From Chloroflexota bacterium (GTDB lineage: Bacteria; Chloroflexota; Anaerolineae; B4-G1; SLSP01), in the NCBI GenBank assembly GCA_036845725.1, contig DAIUDK010000004.1, forward strand, positions 519-64,518: DNA of 64,000 nt. Reading direction: 5' to 3'. Under the pieces are notes generated by a model. It had not been told where the DNA came from, ran no database searches, and saw only the letters and a list, made by a program, of their open reading frames with translations. How positions within the stretch are numbered: position 1 is the first letter of the stretch; the number at the start of each line of letters is the position of its first letter. Shown here one piece after another: positions 58,102 through 64,000 of this stretch. A program made the translations under genes and the position numbers.

Positions 58102-59453
58102 TGAACAGGCAATCGTCACCGGTTGAGATAGATCAAGTCTTTGCCCGGCGTCTGCAGGTAGCGCGAGTCATCATGTGGGTTTCGGTGGCAGCAACAGCCT
58201 TGCCCCTGGTTGTTTTAGCAATCAGGCTGATCAGAGCGCCATATTCTGCAGATACTTATATCCTGTTGGCGATGGTTTTGTTGTTCCTGTTTCTTAGTAG
58301 CATCGGGCTAAGGTTGATCCGTCGCCAACAACTGTATCGCGCCATTATGGTTTACCTACCCGGGTTGGTCATGAGTCTGACAGTCATCCTCTATTTTCTT
58401 GGGGGTGTCACTGGACCAGTGACATTGGGATTTATCGTCGGGGGGGTGATTGTTGGATTGATTGGGGGAGTCAAACCCTTGCGTTACGCCTCGATCCTCA
58501 TGAGCGTTGTCTATTTGACGATGGCGGCTCTGGAGATTACCCAGATACTGCCCCCGCAGCCCATAGCCGATACCATGCGTTGGCCACTTGAAGTCTTTCT
58601 CTTCCTAAATGCACTGGGCGTGACAGCCGTGGTGTCAGGGGGATTCATTCTCCAGACCGAGCGGTCGATTGATGCAGAGCGGCAGCGTAGCTTTGAACTG
58701 GTCGAGGCCAGTCGTCAGGCCGAGCAGTTAGCGATAGCCGAGCGTGAATTACGTGAACGAGAAGCGTACTCAGCGGTGCATCTTCGTGAAACCGTGGCCG
58801 GATACGCGGATTATTTGTCTCGTGTGGCGGCCGGGGATTATACGGCGCGTTTGGATGTCGGCGTGTTGGAAGAGAATGTCGAAGGGGACAGCGAATTGCA
58901 CGCCCTGGGCGAGTACCTCAACACGACGGTGGATGCGCTGGTGGCGGCGCTGACTCAGTCTCAGGAAGTGCAGCGCCGCTATGCGGAGCAGAGCTGGCAA
59001 ACCGTCGTGCAGTCAGGCCGTGTGCAGCCGGGATTCGCCTACCGGCAAAATCAGATCACGCCGGAGGCGGAGTGGCTGCCGCAAATGACGCGAGCTGTGG
59101 ACAGTGGAGCACCAGTGGCCGAGGGTGAAGGCGCTGCTGTCCCGCTGGTCATTAACCGGCAGATCGTCGGCGCGATTGGTGGGCAGCATCCCGATGGCCG
59201 GCCCTGGACTGAGGAGGAACTATCCTTGATCGAGGCCATCACCGGGCAACTCGCGCAGACCATCGAGAGCTTGCGGCTGCTGGACGATGTGCAGCGGCGG
59301 GCGGTGCAAGAGCGATTGGTTGGCGAGGTCACCTCGCGAATGCGCGAGTCGCTCGATATGGAGACTGTGCTCAAGACGGCGGCTAAAGAAATGCGACACT
59401 CGCTTGGATTGGACAAAATCACCATCTATCTGGGAATGTCCTCAGAAGAGTGA
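58098..59453 (+). CDS. Kinase-less receptor 10: multi-TM, HAMP-like, C-terminal module (no canonical GAF)
   Basis: About 6 hydrophobic segments; VAAGDYTARL...LHALGEYLN HAMP-like; ends LDMETVLKTAAKEMRHSLGLDKITIYL. Confidence 0.8.
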   Translation: MMNRQSSPVEIDQVFARRLQVARVIMWVSVAATALPLVVLAIRLIRAPYSADTYILLAMVLLFLFLSSIGLRLIRRQQLYRAIMVYLPGLVMSLTVILYFLGGVTGPVTLGFIVGGVIVGLIGGVKPLRYASILMSVVYLTMAALEITQILPPQPIADTMRWPLEVFLFLNALGVTAVVSGGFILQTERSIDAERQRSFELVEASRQAEQLAIAERELREREAYSAVHLRETVAGYADYLSRVAAGDYTARLDVGVLEENVEGDSELHALGEYLNTTVDALVAALTQSQEVQRRYAEQSWQTVVQSGRVQPGFAYRQNQITPEAEWLPQMTRAVDSGAPVAEGEGAAVPLVINRQIVGAIGGQHPDGRPWTEEELSLIEAITGQLAQTIESLRLLDDVQRRAVQERLVGEVTSRMRESLDMETVLKTAAKEMRHSLGLDKITIYLGMSSEE

Positions 59454-59537
59454 TGGTGTGTGCGCAAATGTTCGCGCGTCTGTGAATAATCGCGCGTTCG
59501 CAATGTGGCGAAAAGGATTATAGGGAGAACGAATACT

Positions 59538-62381
59538 ATGGCAGAATCTCAACCAGCTGGACGTCCGCAGCGTAATAGGGCAGCCGATGGTCGTCTGACT
59601 ATTGGATACCTTGCGCCGGCTCTCCATGAAGACAGCCAACCACAATGGCTGGGTGTGGTAGATGCCGCCCAGGAACAGGACGTGAATTTGATTTGCTTTC
59701 CCGGCGCTACGCTGCGCACCTCACCCCGTTCCCCGGAGCAGGCTAATATCCTCTACGATTTGGTCGGTGCAACCAGTGTGGATGGTTTGGTGAGTTGGGC
59801 TTCTTCCATCGGCAACTCTGTGACTGCCGACGAGATTGAGGTCTTCCACAGACGTTATCATCCTCTTCCGGTGGTGGCGATTGGGCGAGCGTGGGAAGGA
59901 CTCCCGGGTTTGTCGATGGAGAGCTATCACGGCATGTATGAAGCGGTGACACACCTGATCGAGGTTCACAACTGTCGCCGGCTGGCGTTCATTCGCGGTC
60001 CAGAGAACCACGTACAGGCCCAGTCGCGCTATCAGGCCTATCTGGACGCGCTAAAGGCCCACAACCTGCCTGTCGATCCGCTCCTTATCACTCCACCATC
60101 AGAAAACTGGGCGCGTAGTTGGGGCCCAAAAGCGATATACCTCTTGCTTGATGAGCGCCAGTTGCATCCTCCGACTGACCTGGATGCAATCGTGGCTGCT
60201 AACGACGGCCTACTCCTGGGGGCGCTGCCTAGCCTGCACGCGCGGGGCATTGAGGTTCCCGACGACCTGGCTGTGGTCGGATTCGACGATTCGCTGCACA
60301 GTCGCGTCAACACCCCGTCATTAACGACCGTTGCCGCGCCCTATTACGCCCTGGGCCATCAGGCTGTAGAGGCAGTGTTGGCCTTGTTGGAAGGGCGGGA
60401 AGTTCCCCCGGAAACTTTGATGTCGGCCCAGATGGTTCTCCGCCAGTCGTGTGGTTGCCTGGATCCGGTGGTCGCGCAGGCTAAACTGGAATTAGGCGAA
60501 TCGGAAGATGCGACGCTGCTGTCCATTCTCAGTTCCCGCCGGGCTGGGATTGTCGCAGCCTTGGAGCAGGCCCTGAACAATACCAATGAGGCCGTTCGGG
60601 GTAGCATAGAACGGCTTTTGAACACTCTTGAGGGTGAGTTGACCGGCGAGACGCCGGGGCTTTTTATCCCCGAGCTGAACAGAGCCTTGCGTCAAACTGT
60701 GATGGCTGGCGAGGATGTAGCGGTTTGGCAGGGTGTGATATCGGCATTGCGGCATCAAATGCGTATGTGTGCGCACGAGCAGGCGTTCTTAGTGGCCGAC
60801 GACCTTTGCCAACAGGCGCGCATCGTCATTGGCGAGGCGTCACAACGCACACAGGCATACCGGCATGTGCAAATGGAGCAACGGGCGCTTGCCCTGCGTG
60901 AGATTGGTACGGAATTGCTCAATACCTTCAATGTTCAAGGTTTGATGGATGCATTAGCCCGGTCATTGCCCGATTTGAACATTCCGAGCTGCTATCTATC
61001 CTTGTATGAAGCCGCGCAACCATATCAATATCCTCAGTCTCCGCCCGAATGGGCCAGATTAGTGCTTGCCTACAATGAAAAGGGCTCTATCACTCTAGAT
61101 GCAGAGGGATATCGTTTTCCTGCGCGTCAACTGATGCCCGTTGAGATGTGGCCGTCGGGACGGCGTTACAGCTTTGTTGTCCAACCGCTCTTTTTTCAGA
61201 ACAGCCAGATCGGATTGGTATTGTTCGAGATGGGGCCGCGCGAAGCCGATGTCTACGACACCTTGCGTTTACAGATCAGCAGCGCGTTACAGGGAGCAAT
61301 GCTAATTGGCCGTGTGGAGAAGCGCGCGTTGCAGTTTCAGGCAATCACTCAGGTTTCACAGACCACCAGCAGTATCCTGGACCTCGATGCGTTGACTCAA
61401 CGGGTTGTAGACGTGATACAAGAGCGGTTCGATTTGTACTACGTTGGCCTGTTCTTGACCGACCAGACCGGTGAGGAGACGGATGTGTCGAGTCGCTGGG
61501 CTGTGCTGCGGGCTGGTACAGGTGAGGCCGGGCGTGAAATGATCGAGCGCGGACACCGGCTGGAGATTGGCGACACTTCTATGGTTGGTTGGGCCGTAGC
61601 TCACAAACAGGCTCGTATCGTACTGGACGTAGGACAGACAGGGGAGGTCGCGCGATTCGATAACCCGCTCTTACCAGACACGCGTTCAGAGATGGCGTTG
61701 CCACTCATCAGCCGTGGTACAGTTATCGGTGCGCTAGATGTGCAAAGTGTTCGTCCCGAAGCGTTTGGTGATGAAGACGTCGCTATTCTGCAAACTATGG
61801 CCGACCAGGTTGCGTTGGCAATTGGCAATGCATTGCTGTTCCAGCAAGTTCAGGATAGCCTGGAAGCGGAGCGCCGGGCATATGGCGAGTTAAGTCATGA
61901 AGCGTGGCGAACATTGCTGCAGACAGGATCGGGCATGAGTTATGTCTGTGACGAATATGGCCTCTCGCCGGCGGAGGCGCCCCCCGAGCCGCATATGTAC
62001 AAGGCCGTGCAGACAGGGACCTCTGTCATTGCTGCCGATGATGAGCAGGCTGTGGCTTTGCCGATCAAAGTGCGCGATCAGGTTATCGGCGTTATCAATG
62101 TTCATAAGCCACAAGAGGGACCATGGTCGAGAGAGCAAATCACACTTGTGGAGACCCTGACGGAACAACTGGGCGTGGCCCTGGAAAGCGCCCGGCTGTA
62201 TCAGGACACGCAACGCCGCGCGGCGCAAGAACAATTGATTGGACAGGTGACCGCGCGCGTGCGCGAATCGCTCGATGTCACCACGGTGCTGAAAACAGCT
62301 GCGCAGGAGATCGCTCGCTCGTTTGGGCTGGCGGCGCTCGATGTGCGGTTGACGCCACCGTCGTCAACGGAACAGTCGTGA
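59538..62381 (+). CDS. Kinase-less receptor 11: LacI-type domain, degenerate GAF, GAF, C-terminal module
   Basis: AANDGLL, LRQSCGC; ERFDLYYVGLFL GAF; ends LDVTTVLKTAAQEIARSFGLAALDVRL. Start at ATG 59538. Confidence 0.87.
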   Translation: MAESQPAGRPQRNRAADGRLTIGYLAPALHEDSQPQWLGVVDAAQEQDVNLICFPGATLRTSPRSPEQANILYDLVGATSVDGLVSWASSIGNSVTADEIEVFHRRYHPLPVVAIGRAWEGLPGLSMESYHGMYEAVTHLIEVHNCRRLAFIRGPENHVQAQSRYQAYLDALKAHNLPVDPLLITPPSENWARSWGPKAIYLLLDERQLHPPTDLDAIVAANDGLLLGALPSLHARGIEVPDDLAVVGFDDSLHSRVNTPSLTTVAAPYYALGHQAVEAVLALLEGREVPPETLMSAQMVLRQSCGCLDPVVAQAKLELGESEDATLLSILSSRRAGIVAALEQALNNTNEAVRGSIERLLNTLEGELTGETPGLFIPELNRALRQTVMAGEDVAVWQGVISALRHQMRMCAHEQAFLVADDLCQQARIVIGEASQRTQAYRHVQMEQRALALREIGTELLNTFNVQGLMDALARSLPDLNIPSCYLSLYEAAQPYQYPQSPPEWARLVLAYNEKGSITLDAEGYRFPARQLMPVEMWPSGRRYSFVVQPLFFQNSQIGLVLFEMGPREADVYDTLRLQISSALQGAMLIGRVEKRALQFQAITQVSQTTSSILDLDALTQRVVDVIQERFDLYYVGLFLTDQTGEETDVSSRWAVLRAGTGEAGREMIERGHRLEIGDTSMVGWAVAHKQARIVLDVGQTGEVARFDNPLLPDTRSEMALPLISRGTVIGALDVQSVRPEAFGDEDVAILQTMADQVALAIGNALLFQQVQDSLEAERRAYGELSHEAWRTLLQTGSGMSYVCDEYGLSPAEAPPEPHMYKAVQTGTSVIAADDEQAVALPIKVRDQVIGVINVHKPQEGPWSREQITLVETLTEQLGVALESARLYQDTQRRAAQEQLIGQVTARVRESLDVTTVLKTAAQEIARSFGLAALDVRLTPPSSTEQS

Positions 62382-62397
62382 CGGGTGTGGATAGGAG

Positions 62398-64000
62398 ATG
62401 ACTATGGAGCAAGAGCACATAACACAATCCAATAGACCGCCATCTTCCGGTAGACCGTCATCTTCCGGACAGAACACTGCCTCGGCAGCGCTGAGTGATA
62501 GTCTGGCGCTTTGGCGGAACGACCTTACCAAGACGGCGCTACGCGCCACTCTGGTAGTTGGACTGTTTGCCGTTTTGATGGGGAGTTATACAGCTTATCG
62601 GGTGGGCAATCTTATTGCGATCCCTCTCTACGTGGTTTTCTATTTGCTGGCGCTGGCTTTTACTTTTTGGCGCGGTATACCTTACGTACTACAAACCTGG
62701 CTGATCATTGGCTTGTTCTATGTTATCGGTGTCTTCGAGACGTTGAACACGGGGCGTACCGGCGATGGCCGTATTCTATTGCTGGCTTTTGCACTGATCG
62801 CTGCGTTGTTCTATGGACGCCGCGCCGGCTTGGTGGCGATTGGGTTAAATGTGTTGACGTTGTTTGCCTTTGGGATGGCATTTTCCAATGGCTGGCTGCG
62901 TGTCTTTTCGCTGGAGCGCCAGGCTGTTTCCATTGACTTTTTCCCGTGGGTTAGCAATGCCGGAGTCCAAACGATGGTGGGGGTTCTGTTGATTCTGGGC
63001 TATGATTTTTTGCTTACGCGGTTTTCTCAGAATATTGCGAACGGACAGGGGTTGATCGGCGAATTGCAGATGCAGACCCAGTTGTTGAAGTCTCGGGAAT
63101 TCGAATTGGCGCAGCGTAACATGCAGTTGCAAGCCGCGGCGCAAATTGCGCGCGAGACCACCGCCATCAGTAATGAAGAGCTACTGTTAACCAGGTCTGC
63201 GGACTTGATTGTAGAACGGTTTGGTTATGCCTACGTTGGTTTATACGTTCTAGGCTCGAACGGGGAGCACTCTAACATTGAACGCGCGACTTTGAGAGCT
63301 GTTGCTGGTGATCCGCAGTTACAGGTAACCGGGGAAGAGATGTTCAGTGAGGCGTCACTGGTGGGGCGTGCAATTCGTCAAATGACTGTGCAAACAGACA
63401 ATTCAGAGGATGCGGACGTGGTTTTGGCTGGGGAACGGGGGGCCGCAGCGCAATCCGACTTGTACGCGGGGATCGCTCTGCCCATGGTGATCCAAAGCCA
63501 TGTCATTGGGGCTTTGGAGGCACGTGTGGCCGGGCGACGGGCGTTTTCGGCAGATGAAATTGAGGCCTTGCAGACGTTAGTGGATCAGATTGCTGTTGCC
63601 CTTAGCAATGCGCGTCTGCTTACGCAGGTTCAGGCAAATCTGGATGCAGTGCGACAGACCGTGGGAGAAACCAGTAGTCGCGCCTGGCAGGAGTTTTTGA
63701 TCGCCCAGACTGGATTGGCTGAACGGTATGATCCTGACCGACTATTGCCTCCCGTTGACCAATGGCTGCCGGAACTCGACCTGGCGATACAAAAGAGGAC
63801 GCCACTTATCAACCAGGATGAGACTTCGGCACAACTGGTGGTTCCTATTCAGGTACGCGGGCAGGCTATTGGGGCAATTGATGCTCGCAAACTGACAGGA
63901 GGGGAGTGGACCTCGACGGAGATTGAAACCATGCAGACCCTGGTGGATCAGTTGGGTGTGGCTTTGGAAAGCGCCCGGCTGTATCAGGACACGCAACGTC
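62398..64000 (+). CDS. Kinase-less receptor 12 (3'-truncated by the window edge; absent from the ORF track): multi-TM, GAF, C-terminal module
   Basis: Manual translation from ATG 62398 (RBS AGGAG): MTMEQEHIT...WRNDLTKTALR...GIPYVLQTW...GDGRILLL...ERFGYAYVGLY...AWQEFL...VVPIQVRGQAIG...LGVALESARLYQDTQR; no stop seen in the translated stretches. Confidence 0.85.
   Translation, partial: MTMEQEHITQSNRPPSSGRPSSSGQNTASAALSDSLALWRNDLTKTALRATLVVGLFAVLMGSYTAYRVGNLIAIPLYVVFYLLALAFTFWRGIPYVLQTWLIIGLFYVIGVFETLNTGRTGDGRILLLAFALIAALFYGRRAGLVAIGLNVLTLFAFGMAFSNGWLRVFSLERQAVSIDFFPWVSNAGVQTMVGVLLILGYDFLLTRFSQNIANGQGLIGELQMQTQLLKSREFELAQRNMQLQAAAQIARETTAISNEELLLTRSADLIVERFGYAYVGLYVLGSNGEHSNIERATLRAVAGDPQLQVTGEEMFSEASLVGRAIRQMTVQTDNSEDADVVLAGERGAAAQSDLYAGIALPMVIQSHVIGALEARVAGRRAFSADEIEALQTLVDQIAVALSNARLLTQVQANLDAVRQTVGETSSRAWQEFLIAQTGLAERYDPDRLLPPVDQWLPELDLAIQKRTPLINQDETSAQLVVPIQVRGQAIGAIDARKLTGGEWTSTEIETMQTLVDQLGVALESARLYQDTQR

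Noticed and set aside
62434-62469. 18-bp duplication (RPPSSG/RPSSSG) at the start of receptor 12
   Set aside because: Only two copies in a disordered N-terminal tail; too weak to interpret.
33946-64000. Classical chemotaxis (MCP/Che) cluster
   Set aside because: No MCP signalling-hairpin motif and no CheA, CheW, CheR or CheB recognisable in the window.
33946-64000. Receptors as frameshifted or truncated kinase pseudogenes
   Set aside because: All 11 complete members end at an equivalent position after a conserved tip, and the next gene starts immediately with no kinase remnants.
1-64000. tRNA or rRNA genes, integrase or prophage genes
   Set aside because: None recognised by eye; tRNAscan-SE and Infernal would be needed to exclude them formally.

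Overview
GC-rich bacterial window; gene content and protein motifs point to Chloroflexota, probably Anaerolineae (inference). (1) 1-10.1 kb: three secreted surface proteins (an FG-GAP/PKD giant and two tandem beta-helix paralogs), all ending in [IV]FLPLV[ML]R. A deleted PKD relic between the paralogs records a tandem duplication. (2) 10.2-30.5 kb: mostly housekeeping and envelope genes: LysM L,D-transpeptidase, Tat-lipoprotein GH3, AOR with a Moco-type riboswitch, plsY, DEDD exonuclease, REC-GAF cyclase, recJ, two SDR epimerases, HIT, hutH, TPR, YfhO-like. This stretch also holds a heliorhodopsin 3' relic split by a 118-bp MITE and many heptamer repeats, some in-frame. (3) 30.7 kb to the window end: a tightly packed, co-oriented signalling operon of more than 33 kb. 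Two single-domain response regulators and one histidine kinase are followed by at least 12 receptor-like proteins. These carry diverse inputs (6TM, 7TM-Cache-HAMP, Cache-HAMP, HTH-less LacI-type sugar-binding, PAS) but no recognisable catalytic or DNA-binding output, and they share a conserved GAF-derived C-terminal module. This array is the best candidate for an undescribed, chemoreceptor-like signalling system. All family calls come from motif recognition by eye; no searches were run.
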